Shown piece after piece: positions 7,562 through 16,673 of a DNA stretch of 26,650 bases. Position numbers and translations under genes: made by a program. The stretch is from an uncultured bacterium (GTDB lineage: Bacteria > Chlamydiota > Chlamydiia > Chlamydiales > RGXB01). The notes under the pieces were generated by a model. That model saw only the letters and a list, made by a program, of their open reading frames with translations, was not told the origin of the DNA and made no database searches. Position 1 is the stretch's first letter. Every line of letters starts with the position of its first letter. The DNA lies in assembly GCA_964344875.1 (NCBI GenBank), contig CAYFOX010000004.1:1637-28286 (forward strand). Reading direction: 5' to 3'.

Positions 7562-9959
7562 TTACTTTCCCCTTTTCATCTACTGTTTTTTTGAGTACCA
7601 ACACATCGTTTTCAAATCGTTGCTCCAAACGGAGCTTCCCTTCACCGGTGTATTTGTTGAAAAAGCCTGATTTTTTTCCCCGGTCGTATTCTCCTTCAAA
7701 GATTTTGATCCCCTCTTCAGAGTAACTGACGCTAACCCCATCAAGAACCCCATCCTTGTAAAAACAACGGTTATATAGAGTGCCTGTTGGGTAAAACTCC
7801 TCATGCGTCCCTTCAAGTTGATCGCATTTGTAATAAGACTTCTTTGCGATAATTCCTGACGGGAAGTATTGGACTAGCCGCCCCTCTTTTTTATCATCCG
7901 CATACTCTACAGTCATCAAAACTTTCCCATTTTCCCCGTAAAGAGCGCTTAATCCCTCTTTTTTCCCCGCTTTATAGGTAGTCATGGCTACAAGATCTCC
8001 GTAGATATTGTATTCGCGCAGCTCTCCGTCGACCTTGGAATTTTTAAAGTTACCCTCCACTGCACGCATTTTTATACCGTCTGGGGCATCTTTATGGTAA
8101 ACAAGATAAGGTCCCTCTTTTTTATTTTCCACATAGTGCAAAACGGTTTCTCTCCCCTCAGCATCTACAGAAAGATAGGGGCCGTGCAGTTTGCCGTTTT
8201 CATACCATGCCTCCTCTATTTTTCGCCCTTCAGCATCAAATAGGACCTTGAGCCCCTGCAAAACTCCCGCATCATAGTTGATAACACTGGCCATGATTCC
8301 ATTTGGATGATAGGTTCTCTGCTCCCCATGGTAGACCCCTTCGGAGTCAAAACGGACAAGTCTATGCACTAAAGGTTCTGCATTTAGGTCGACTTTTTCA
8401 AAAAACTCTTTATGCTCGCCGATTGGTTTGCCATCTAAGAATTCTCTTTGAAACTTCAAAGAGCCATCCTGGTAGAAACCTTTGAAAATCCCCTCGTTTT
8501 TCCCCTCTTTGTAAAAACCGATCACCGAGGGTTTGCCGTTTGGATAAAACTCTTTATACTCTCCCACCAGGTTGTCCTCAGAGTAGACTACATCCATAAG
8601 CACTTGGCCATTATCTGCATACTGCTTACAACTGCCACTCTTTTTTCCCTCAATATAGGTGATGTCCTGTTTTAACTTGCCCCCCTCAAACCAACAGAGC
8701 CAGCGCCCATGAGGCACATCCGATTTAAATTCAATGTCGGCAATCTTCTCCCCTTTCTCATTGAATTCGACATGACGCCCCTCTTTTTTTCCCTCGTTGA
8801 AAAATCCCTGGGTATGGAGTTTGCCGTTTTCAAAAAAGGTCTTGAGCTCTGCGTCAGGTTTGCCGTTTTTGTAAGATCCAACAACACGCAAATTCCCATT
8901 AGGGTACCAAGACTCATAGGGTCCATCAAACATATTTTGGGAACGGCGGAATTTCCCGATGAGCTGCCCTTTATCGGTATATTCATGGATAAAGCCCACA
9001 ATGATTCCGCTATCATCGTAATCGGCAACAAAAGCTATTTGCCCATTTTCATGCTTGAGATAGTGGTGCCCATACGGTACACCCTCTTTGAACTGCGCCT
9101 CTCCAATCACCTGTCCATCCGACGAACGGGTAGTGATTTGCCCATCAATTTTCCCCTCTTTGAAAAAAATCCTTTGTCGCTCTTTGCCATTCGTGTGGTA
9201 CTGAATGTGGAAATTGATTGGGACCCCTTTTTTAAACTCCTGGATCTCTTTGATCCCTTTTTTTTCATGATAGATCACTACCGCAGGATTAGAGGCATCA
9301 TTTTCTAAAAGATCCTCCGCGTAGTGCAAAACTGCAGCAATCACCCCATTTTCATACCAAGAGGTCTCTTTTCCCTCTTTTTTTCCATTTTTCCATTGTA
9401 TGGTCTTAGCTTTACGACCCGATGGGTAGTACTGGATCGTTTCCCCCTCCCTTTTTCCCATAACAAATGTCGATTCGTCTAATTTGGAACCATCCTCGAA
9501 ATATTGGATAAAAGGCCCCTCCTCCAAACCATTTTTATACTCCCCCTCAAGTCTTACGGAGCCGTTTGGAAATAAAACGCGCATTTTCCCATGTGCTTTG
9601 CCATTCTCATAATGGACTATCGAGTGAAGGTGCCCCTCTCTATCAACTTGGACTTTGACTCCATGATAAACCGGTTTATGGTCAATCTCAGTCAAATCGA
9701 CCTCTTCACAGATCTGCCCATTTTCGTAGTAACTAATCTCTTTAACGGCGACATCATCCTCAAAAAAACGGATTTTTGCGATCTGACCGCTTGGATGGGT
9801 AGCAAGAATAGTGTTTGTCCATTCGGGATGTCGAGGTTTAAGTAAAATCTGCTCTTGACGTGGCTTTTGGGACTGCCCCAAAGTTTTGGGGAGCAAAGCG
9901 TGCATAGCACCCGTAGAGAGCGCTAAGTGCAATATGAAAGCCCAAGAAAATTTGTCCAT
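7545..9959 (-). CDS. Exported MORN-variant repeat protein (YwqK-like repeat family)
   Basis: Tandem ~23-25-aa repeats of the form G....YY.NG......Y..G...G run along almost the whole length. The ORF track starts at 10022, but the ATG at 9959 (MDKFSWAFILHLALSTGAMHA) has GAGG upstream and gives a clean signal peptide. Confidence 0.85.
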   Translation of the reverse strand: MDKFSWAFILHLALSTGAMHALLPKTLGQSQKPRQEQILLKPRHPEWTNTILATHPSGQIAKIRFFEDDVAVKEISYYENGQICEEVDLTEIDHKPVYHGVKVQVDREGHLHSIVHYENGKAHGKMRVLFPNGSVRLEGEYKNGLEEGPFIQYFEDGSKLDESTFVMGKREGETIQYYPSGRKAKTIQWKNGKKEGKETSWYENGVIAAVLHYAEDLLENDASNPAVVIYHEKKGIKEIQEFKKGVPINFHIQYHTNGKERQRIFFKEGKIDGQITTRSSDGQVIGEAQFKEGVPYGHHYLKHENGQIAFVADYDDSGIIVGFIHEYTDKGQLIGKFRRSQNMFDGPYESWYPNGNLRVVGSYKNGKPDAELKTFFENGKLHTQGFFNEGKKEGRHVEFNEKGEKIADIEFKSDVPHGRWLCWFEGGKLKQDITYIEGKKSGSCKQYADNGQVLMDVVYSEDNLVGEYKEFYPNGKPSVIGFYKEGKNEGIFKGFYQDGSLKFQREFLDGKPIGEHKEFFEKVDLNAEPLVHRLVRFDSEGVYHGEQRTYHPNGIMASVINYDAGVLQGLKVLFDAEGRKIEEAWYENGKLHGPYLSVDAEGRETVLHYVENKKEGPYLVYHKDAPDGIKMRAVEGNFKNSKVDGELREYNIYGDLVAMTTYKAGKKEGLSALYGENGKVLMTVEYADDKKEGRLVQYFPSGIIAKKSYYKCDQLEGTHEEFYPTGTLYNRCFYKDGVLDGVSVSYSEEGIKIFEGEYDRGKKSGFFNKYTGEGKLRLEQRFENDVLVLKKTVDEKGKVTEHAL

Positions 9960-10028
9960 AACGCCTCGAATCTTTGGTAAAATTGATCCGTTATTGTAAT
10001 GAAGTGTCTGTTTTTGGTGCAATAGCTG

Positions 10029-10838
10029 TTAAACCCTGTCCGGTTCTAATAGCCCCTCATAAGTAATTTGAAAAAGCTCTTGATGAATGATTTTTTCAGA
10101 CCTGTAACGAAATACTGCATCCCCCTCTACTTTGACGCGAAAAAAAAAGATCCCTTCATGAATCTGTTTTAAAACTCTCAAAGGTCGATGAAATCTCCCC
10201 TCAAACCCGTAAAAAGGGATTCTTGTTATAGAGATATTTTGGGCATCTAAAATTTGGGTGAAGGCCCAATTTTCCCAAAAAGGATTTTCAGAGGCTACCT
10301 CCATAAGGGATGTTTTGTTTTTGAGGAGCAATCGTGCAAGATCTATCGATAAAATAGTGCACTCTCCCATGGAAAAAGGGGGATTTTTCTCTTGGTGTGG
10401 ATAGGGTTCTAAGTCCTTAGCAACTATTTTTTGTAAAGGGAGCTTACTAAGAAATTCTAAGAGGTCGGGAAAAACTAAAAAAGAGGAATGGCTGGGGTAG
10501 ATAACATAGTCATACGCATCAAGATACCTGCTAAAAACCTCTAATGCATCCAGCAATTTACAAAAGGATGTATGCATTTTTTTTTGACTATTTTTTTTTA
10601 ACCAAAGAACATCTTTTTCTAAGGAATTCCACGTTGAATTTGGATGAGATTTTACAAACCAGCACGCAAAATTATCGGGATATTTATGCATATAGCGACG
10701 CCAGGAGGTGGTATACGCTTTATCCACAAGATCCTGTTCTAAAACATCGATGAGCACAAGATTTTTTTTAGTCCGTAAGCACTCATTGGCACACAGGGGT
10801 AAAAAAAGTCCTAATAAAAGCAATCCTGGGCGTATCAT
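10029..10838 (-). CDS. Hypothetical exported protein, possibly a degenerate GT31/Fringe-like glycosyltransferase
   Basis: 269 aa with a signal-peptide-like N-terminus. Motif order K...ALE....YDYVIYPSHSSFLVFPDLLEFLSKLP...GECTILSIDLARLL...WENWAFTQIL parallels GT31 (YDWFLKxDDDTYV...L..FL / GGAGYVLS / EDV), but the DxD is absent. Confidence 0.45.
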   Translation of the reverse strand: MIRPGLLLLGLFLPLCANECLRTKKNLVLIDVLEQDLVDKAYTTSWRRYMHKYPDNFACWFVKSHPNSTWNSLEKDVLWLKKNSQKKMHTSFCKLLDALEVFSRYLDAYDYVIYPSHSSFLVFPDLLEFLSKLPLQKIVAKDLEPYPHQEKNPPFSMGECTILSIDLARLLLKNKTSLMEVASENPFWENWAFTQILDAQNISITRIPFYGFEGRFHRPLRVLKQIHEGIFFFRVKVEGDAVFRYRSEKIIHQELFQITYEGLLEPDRV

Positions 10839-11209
10839 AAAGCAGACTCGTCTAGAATTTGCGGCTTACCGTCTTTTGCAAAAAGGACTTTCTTCTCTTT
10901 TATTTTTGCAGCTATCACAAGCTTTTTGCCACGAAAAAACCCTGGCTTTAACCCCTCAATATTTTCCAAATCGACATACGTTTGCCCATTTTTTTGGATA
11001 AAATTGACCACAAATGGGGTCGATTCCAGTTTAGCGTACTCTGAAAATAAGGAAAAAATCAAACTCTGCTCTTCTTTAGCACAGGCTTCTCTATAGAGCC
11101 TCCAGTAGCCAAACCCTTTCATAGAAACAATCCCCATCAAGGTACCAAGCAAAACCATCACAACCAACATCTCAAAAAGAGAAAAAGCTTTCCGTCTTTT
11201 GGGATTCAT
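10835..11209 (-). CDS. Minor pseudopilin (GspH-like) with a type IV prepilin-type N-terminus
   Basis: Basic leader MNPKRRKA followed by FSLFEMLVVMVLLGTLMGIV (Glu at +5, hydrophobic helix). It lies directly downstream of gspG. Confidence 0.75.
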   Translation of the reverse strand: MNPKRRKAFSLFEMLVVMVLLGTLMGIVSMKGFGYWRLYREACAKEEQSLIFSLFSEYAKLESTPFVVNFIQKNGQTYVDLENIEGLKPGFFRGKKLVIAAKIKEKKVLFAKDGKPQILDESAL

Positions 11210-11218
11210 TCCTTAAAA

Positions 11219-11650
11219 TCAGCCTATTTTTGCCGGGGGAAACATCCAGGAGTATTTTTCTTTTAGGTCTTCATCAGAAATGTTTTTTTGTTTTTGGACG
11301 TAGGATAAAAATTTTTCGGACCGGACAAAAACCTCGTCATCTTGAGACACCTCAATACGGTAAGGTACCCCCCAGCCATCTTTCAGCATCGATTTGGGAT
11401 CTTTGAACATTTTTGCATTTTTAAGAACAAGCTCAGGCTCTTTCTGAATAGATTCTGGATCGACCCCCATAGCGATCTGCATGGAAAAGATCTCCTGAAT
11501 TTGTTGGGAAGCTTGTTCCGTTTTAAAAGCTTTCCCCTCCTCGAGGCTTCCCTTCATATTGAACATAAATAGACCCGAAATTAGCCCCAAAATCAGCATA
11601 ACAATCATGATCTCGATCAGCGTAAGCGCTTTTTTTCCCTTCTTTTTCAT
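11219..11650 (-). CDS. gspG: T2SS major pseudopilin GspG (chlamydial type)
   Basis: Basic leader MKKKGKKA followed by LTLIEIMIVMLILGLI (Glu at +5). KDGWGVPY resembles the GspG DPWG..Y motif. It follows gspF. Confidence 0.8.
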   Translation of the reverse strand: MKKKGKKALTLIEIMIVMLILGLISGLFMFNMKGSLEEGKAFKTEQASQQIQEIFSMQIAMGVDPESIQKEPELVLKNAKMFKDPKSMLKDGWGVPYRIEVSQDDEVFVRSEKFLSYVQKQKNISDEDLKEKYSWMFPPAKIG

Positions 11651-12834
11651 GATGCCTCCATAAAAGATCTGATATCCGTCATTGGTAAAAGGGTACCTAT
11701 CATAATCAATCCAACAATTAATCCGATAAAAATGATTAAAAAAGGTTGCAGAACTCCCACTATTTTTCTGAGAGAGGACTCTACATTCTGCTCATAAAGT
11801 TCTCCCGCTTGAAATAATACAGTTTTCAATTCTCCACTTTTTTCGGCCGTCTCCAACATGCGACAGAAAAGTGGAAGAATCAAAGGGGACTCCCTGAACG
11901 AGACCGAAATGGTATTTCCCTGATGGATGAGGAAAAGTGCTTTATCGATTGTTTGAACAAAAAAACGATTTTCCATGACCCCCTTACACAGCTCTAAGGC
12001 CTCTACTAATGGGACATTTGCTGATATAAGTGCATAAAGAGCACGACAAAAACGTGCCATAAGGAGCTCTTTAAGAAAAGTCGATAAAACAGGGATTTTT
12101 AGCACCATTTGCCCTAAAAAAATAGAGACTCTCTCTATTTGTAAAAAAAAGCGCGCTAAAAAAGGGGTCACAAAAAATAAGGCCGCAAAAAACAACCCAT
12201 TTTCGGTGAAAATCTCTGAGGATTTTAAAATTGCTCGAGTCAAAAGAGGGAGATTTTTTTCCGAAAAGAGCTCTTTGAGGGAGGGGACAAGAAAAGTTAG
12301 AAGGACAACCAAAATGAGTAATGCCAAAGTGAGCAAAAAAGCGGGATAGCTTACTGCAGAGAGGACTTGCTTTTTAAGGGCCTCTTTTTTTTTCAGCATT
12401 TGCGTGATTTCTTTCACCGTTACAGCTATTTGGCCGGAGGTCTCTGCCATGCGGATCATCCCCACGATCACCGGGTCGAACGCCTGATTGGTTTCTTGCA
12501 TCGATAAGGAAAAACTTTTACCCCTTTTGAGGGATTCTTTTAACCCTAAAAAAAGGGGGTACTGTTTCGTCCCCTCAAATTTTTGTTGTATGAGATCCAA
12601 GGCATCAAAAAGGACGATCCCTGCTTGTAGAAGTTGGTACAAGTCCTGAAAAAAAAGGATTTTATCCTGAAGACTAAGCACCTCTTTTTTAGGACCTTTT
12701 TGGGGAAAAATTTCTGTGAACCAAATCTCCTCTTTGATCAAGAGCTCTTTTGCTCCCTCAAGGGAGTCTGCCCAAATCTCTTTTTTTAATAGAGCGCCGG
12801 CAGCGTTCATTCCTTTATAGATAAATATAGGCAT
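11647..12834 (-). CDS. gspF: Type II secretion system inner-membrane platform protein GspF/PilC
   Basis: 395 aa with two T2SSF repeats (FFQDLYQLLQAGIVLFDAL...G.SFS..M...F.P....MIRMAETSG and FCRALYALISANVPLVEAL...ETAEKSGEL), AVSYP before TM1, and a C-terminal TM. Confidence 0.93.
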   Translation of the reverse strand: MPIFIYKGMNAAGALLKKEIWADSLEGAKELLIKEEIWFTEIFPQKGPKKEVLSLQDKILFFQDLYQLLQAGIVLFDALDLIQQKFEGTKQYPLFLGLKESLKRGKSFSLSMQETNQAFDPVIVGMIRMAETSGQIAVTVKEITQMLKKKEALKKQVLSAVSYPAFLLTLALLILVVLLTFLVPSLKELFSEKNLPLLTRAILKSSEIFTENGLFFAALFFVTPFLARFFLQIERVSIFLGQMVLKIPVLSTFLKELLMARFCRALYALISANVPLVEALELCKGVMENRFFVQTIDKALFLIHQGNTISVSFRESPLILPLFCRMLETAEKSGELKTVLFQAGELYEQNVESSLRKIVGVLQPFLIIFIGLIVGLIMIGTLLPMTDIRSFMEAS

Positions 12835-12835
12835 A

Positions 12836-14368
12836 CTACACTGCCCCTTTACCTGTTACCCGCACGATCTCCTCGACTGTTGTGATCCCATTTAAAACTA
12901 ATTGGATCCCCTGTTCGCGTAAAGAAATGAATCCCTGTTTTTTTGCAAACATGGCCCTTTTCACAGGGTCCTGCTCCTCATGGTACAAAGAACGCATCGA
13001 TGGTGTCATAACAAGTAGCTCATAAATCCCCATCCGCCCCTTGTAACCAAGCTCAAAACAGTCGGGGCATCCAGAGGCGCGGAAGAGAAGCGGCTTACTC
13101 CCCTCAAGACCAAGATCTTTACACTCTTCATCACTAGGTACATAGCGCTCTTTACACAAGGGGCAAATCACGCGCACTAGACGCTGGGCTAGTACCCCAA
13201 TAAGAGAAGAAGAGATCAAGAAGGGTTCTATACCCATATCAATAAGTCGTGTTGGGGCACTTAATGCATCATTTGTGTGCAAAGTGGACAAAACCAAATG
13301 CCCTGTCAAAGAGGCCTGAATCGCAATCTCTGCAGTCTCTTTATCCCGAATCTCTCCCACCATAATCACATCAGGATCCTGTCTTAAAATATGTCTAAGA
13401 CCGGTGCTAAAGGAGAGATTGATTTTAGAGTTTACCCCGATCTGCGCCATGTGGGGCAACTTGTATTCCACAGGATCTTCAATCGTCATGATGTTGATTT
13501 GGGAAGAATCCAACTCTTTCAAAGCGCTATATAAAGTTGTTGTTTTCCCACTCCCTGTAGGACCGGTGACAAGAAGTATTCCCTGGGTTTTGGTTAAAAG
13601 GGTTCTGAGCTTTTCTAACAGCTCATTTTCCAATCCAATTGCATCTAACCCTAAATGGATATTTTTCTTATCTAATATCCTTAAAACAACCCTCTCTCCA
13701 AAAACTACCGGAACAGTCGACACGCGAAAATCGATCTGCCTCTCCCCTAAAGCGAGCTTCATTCTTCCGTCTTGAGGTAATCTGGACTCTGCTATGTCCA
13801 GTTTAGCCAAAACTTTTAAGCGTGTGATCAGCTCATTTTGCTGGGAACGAAAAACTGTTTTTTTTTCGTGTAAAACACCGTCGATACGATAGCGCACAAG
13901 AAGAAAATTTTCCTGTGGCTCGAAATGGATATCGGACGCTTTTTGGCTGATGGCCTCTAGTAGGATACGATCACACAAATGGATCACCCCGTTTTCTAGG
14001 CGCTCTTCCAAAAGATCGTAATTTTCGACCGATACCTCTTGCTCTGCTTGAGAGCTATCCAACATCTTTGGACTATTTTTATGATAGCACAGTTCAATCG
14101 CCTGCTCGATCTCTTCCAGAGATTTTTGAACAGGATCAATCCGTTTTTTTGTTTTGAATCGAAGATCCTCTAGCGCCTCAAAGCAGAAGGGATCGTGAAC
14201 CGCTACCTCGATTTTTTCCCCATTTTCAAAAAAGGGGATGCACCTGTGTTTTTTTGCAAAAGCATAGGGAACTATCTGTCTCCCCTCAATCAGGAATCTA
14301 GATTGCAGCCAATGTGCCTTTTTTTCTGGCTCAAGCTCAGTAGCGGCAAGAGGGGTCTTTGTAGTCAT
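12836..14368 (-). CDS. gspE: Type II secretion system ATPase GspE
   Basis: ASDIHFEP, LDIAESRLPQDGR, Walker A GPTGSGKTTTLY, Asp box TIEDPVEY, Walker B VIMVGEIRD, His box STLHTN, and zinc motif CPLC...CPDC. Confidence 0.96.
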   Translation of the reverse strand: MTTKTPLAATELEPEKKAHWLQSRFLIEGRQIVPYAFAKKHRCIPFFENGEKIEVAVHDPFCFEALEDLRFKTKKRIDPVQKSLEEIEQAIELCYHKNSPKMLDSSQAEQEVSVENYDLLEERLENGVIHLCDRILLEAISQKASDIHFEPQENFLLVRYRIDGVLHEKKTVFRSQQNELITRLKVLAKLDIAESRLPQDGRMKLALGERQIDFRVSTVPVVFGERVVLRILDKKNIHLGLDAIGLENELLEKLRTLLTKTQGILLVTGPTGSGKTTTLYSALKELDSSQINIMTIEDPVEYKLPHMAQIGVNSKINLSFSTGLRHILRQDPDVIMVGEIRDKETAEIAIQASLTGHLVLSTLHTNDALSAPTRLIDMGIEPFLISSSLIGVLAQRLVRVICPLCKERYVPSDEECKDLGLEGSKPLLFRASGCPDCFELGYKGRMGIYELLVMTPSMRSLYHEEQDPVKRAMFAKKQGFISLREQGIQLVLNGITTVEEIVRVTGKGAV

Positions 14369-16673
14369 GGGTATTACCGGTCAAAAGCTTCATGCTTTGG
14401 GCAAAAAGCTTCCTTTTTTGTTTCATTTTTGCCTCTTTGCGACACTCAAGAAACGGAGGCAAATCTCCGGGCCTGCGGCAAAGCTCCTCTTGTCTGATCG
14501 CCTCTAAATCCGCATGGGTACTTTTTATGACTCGAGGGGTGATGAAAATATACATATCGGTTAGTTGATCGGTCATTTGGGAGGCACCAAAAACTTTAGC
14601 TAAACCGGGAATCTCTCCCAAAAAAGGGAGCTTTTCCGTTTTATCCGAGGAATCTTTACGCTTCAGGCCACCCATGATAATCGTCTCTCCATCCAAAACC
14701 CGCACCTGGTTGATCACATGACGGCGGTTGACATCGGGTTTAAAAGCAATATCATTTTTTATGGTATCAAACGTGACATCCGCATCAATAGTGATGTAGT
14801 TGCGTCTTTGGTCGTCATCAGGCTCCGGTTCATGAACAGTAGGAGTCATGACAAGAGTCACACCATACTGTGCCCGGGAGTAAGAGTCTTGGTATGAGAT
14901 CGATCCGCCTGTATTATTTACCGCGGCAGCTCCGTTGTTGATCGAAATCTCTTCAACGATAGCGATTGTTGCCGGTGTTTGGTTTATAGTGGTTACCGTG
15001 GGAGAAGAGTGAATCCGAATATCCTCTTGATTCATCAAAAAATTGTACGTTAGATCAAATGCAGGAAAGGCTTTGGATCGTGGGCGGCTAAAGAAAAATT
15101 CGAGTATCCCCCTGTTAGGTTGTGCAGGCTGATTCAAGAAATCAAGACCCCCTGCAACCTGGCTTAGGGCATTTGTGCCGATCCTCAAAAGGTTGAGCCC
15201 CGAATTTGTCTGCATATTTGTCCGCTTTTCGCACAAGATCACCTCAAAATGGACCATTTTTTTGGGTACATCGAGCATTTTCAAAAGATCTTTGATTCGA
15301 TCCAAAGTATCTTTGCGCACAACCATCATGATCCCCCCGGCTTTTCCGTAAGGGATGAAGTTCTTCAACTTTACAGTTTTCACCGGTCCTTGGGGATCAG
15401 GGGTCTGGACTTTTGGAGGATTTACAAGCCCTCTAACAGCAGGATCAATCGTGTTGTAAGCACCCGGGGATGGTTCATTAAGGAGAACCTCTCTTGAGGC
15501 TTGTTGCTCCTTTGTCTCTTTTTTATCAGCAGACTCCAAACCAAACTTCATTAAAGAGGCGTATACCTGCTCTAAAATCTCCGAGATATCATTCGGATCG
15601 CTATGTCGGCAAACGTACCAGAAAACGGTCATTTCGGAGGGGTCGATTAACTGATCTTCGGTTTGTTTCACGATCTCCATGGCCCTTTCGACAAGTTTTT
15701 TTGGCCCAACAAGGACAATCCCCGACTCTTGTACAAGAGGCAGAACAGACAACTCGGTCGGATTTTTCCCCATCATACTCATATTCTCGGCAAGGCCGCC
15801 AAAAAAGGCCTTGAGGATATTTTTCATTTCATCAGGAGAGAGCTTTTGCAACGACATGACTCTAGTGATACGTTCCGCCTCATCATCAAAGGCTCCGTCA
15901 TACATCTCTACAAGGCGCACTATATCCTCTTTTGTCCCGACAAGAGCAATTTTAGCCCCAATCTGGTACACAAATGTCCGTTTTGTATCCCGAAAACGAT
16001 CGAAAAAAAAGAAGGTGTTTTTGATATTTTCTACAGGTGCTTCAAAAAGATGCATCACCCGGCTTGAGGGGGGAACAAGGGCCAGATGCTCTTTTTTGTA
16101 GGTGATGCGATTGCAGGTGATGAGATCTTGTTTTAAAAGAAAAAGCTGTCGGGCAAAGGGGTTAATTTCAATCACCCCAACTCCGTTGTATTGCAAAATA
16201 AGATCGATCATCTCCTGCCAGGAATCTCTTGGTATAGCAATCGCCGATTGCATCGAAATTTTTATTGTGGAGACCTCCTGAGGTAGGATGTAGAGGAAAT
16301 CTTTAGATCCGTATTCGCTAATGAGTTGACCGATTGTGGTCTCCTCCTGGTCAAAGAGAGCAAATTCCTCTTTTTTGGGTGCAAAAAGGTACGAAAATCG
16401 ACTCTTCCAATCTTTTTGTTTCTCCTCAAGAGCTTGTTTCTTTTCGTTGATACGCCCTAATAGATCTTGATACTCGTCCAGCTGCGCGTGTGCGGAAACC
16501 AAAGAACTGGCCTGTAAATAGAGTTCATCGATCTCCTTTCTTAAAACAGTCAGATCACTTTGCACTTGGGGAAGGATCTGTTTTTTTTCTTCCGCTAAAG
16601 ATGGCCTCTCTTTTGCACACAGAGAGCTAATTGTTAAATATACCCCTAAAGCACAGAGGGCTAAACATCTCAT
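14337..16673 (-). CDS. gspD: Type II secretion system secretin GspD (chlamydial type, with N-terminal coiled coil)
   Basis: Signal peptide and a C-terminal secretin domain (SSPTVTTINQTPATI, VLDGETIIMGGL, KLPFLGEIPGLAKVF, MYIFITPRVI). It overlaps the gspE start by 32 nt. Confidence 0.93.
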   Translation of the reverse strand: MRCLALCALGVYLTISSLCAKERPSLAEEKKQILPQVQSDLTVLRKEIDELYLQASSLVSAHAQLDEYQDLLGRINEKKQALEEKQKDWKSRFSYLFAPKKEEFALFDQEETTIGQLISEYGSKDFLYILPQEVSTIKISMQSAIAIPRDSWQEMIDLILQYNGVGVIEINPFARQLFLLKQDLITCNRITYKKEHLALVPPSSRVMHLFEAPVENIKNTFFFFDRFRDTKRTFVYQIGAKIALVGTKEDIVRLVEMYDGAFDDEAERITRVMSLQKLSPDEMKNILKAFFGGLAENMSMMGKNPTELSVLPLVQESGIVLVGPKKLVERAMEIVKQTEDQLIDPSEMTVFWYVCRHSDPNDISEILEQVYASLMKFGLESADKKETKEQQASREVLLNEPSPGAYNTIDPAVRGLVNPPKVQTPDPQGPVKTVKLKNFIPYGKAGGIMMVVRKDTLDRIKDLLKMLDVPKKMVHFEVILCEKRTNMQTNSGLNLLRIGTNALSQVAGGLDFLNQPAQPNRGILEFFFSRPRSKAFPAFDLTYNFLMNQEDIRIHSSPTVTTINQTPATIAIVEEISINNGAAAVNNTGGSISYQDSYSRAQYGVTLVMTPTVHEPEPDDDQRRNYITIDADVTFDTIKNDIAFKPDVNRRHVINQVRVLDGETIIMGGLKRKDSSDKTEKLPFLGEIPGLAKVFGASQMTDQLTDMYIFITPRVIKSTHADLEAIRQEELCRRPGDLPPFLECRKEAKMKQKRKLFAQSMKLLTGNTHDYKDPSCRY

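Noticed and set aside
8709-9308. 199-aa + strand ORF and other ORFs antisense to the MORN gene
   Set aside because: They lie wholly within a well-supported opposite-strand gene, have no recognisable motifs, and are typical antisense shadow frames.
7545-9959. Recurrent short DNA words (e.g. TTTGCCGTTT) suggesting a repeat array or CRISPR
   Set aside because: They are irregularly spaced and explained by codons of the MORN repeat (ENGK/NGK). There are no constant-length repeat-spacer units.
7545-10022. Toxin-antitoxin interpretation of the YwqK-like protein
   Set aside because: There is no adjacent toxin-like ORF, and the protein is very long and appears exported.
10140-10599. Three 9-nt A/T homopolymers inside the GT-like gene as frameshift or slippage sites
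   Set aside because: The frame is intact through all of them, and A/T runs of 7-9 nt are common throughout this window.
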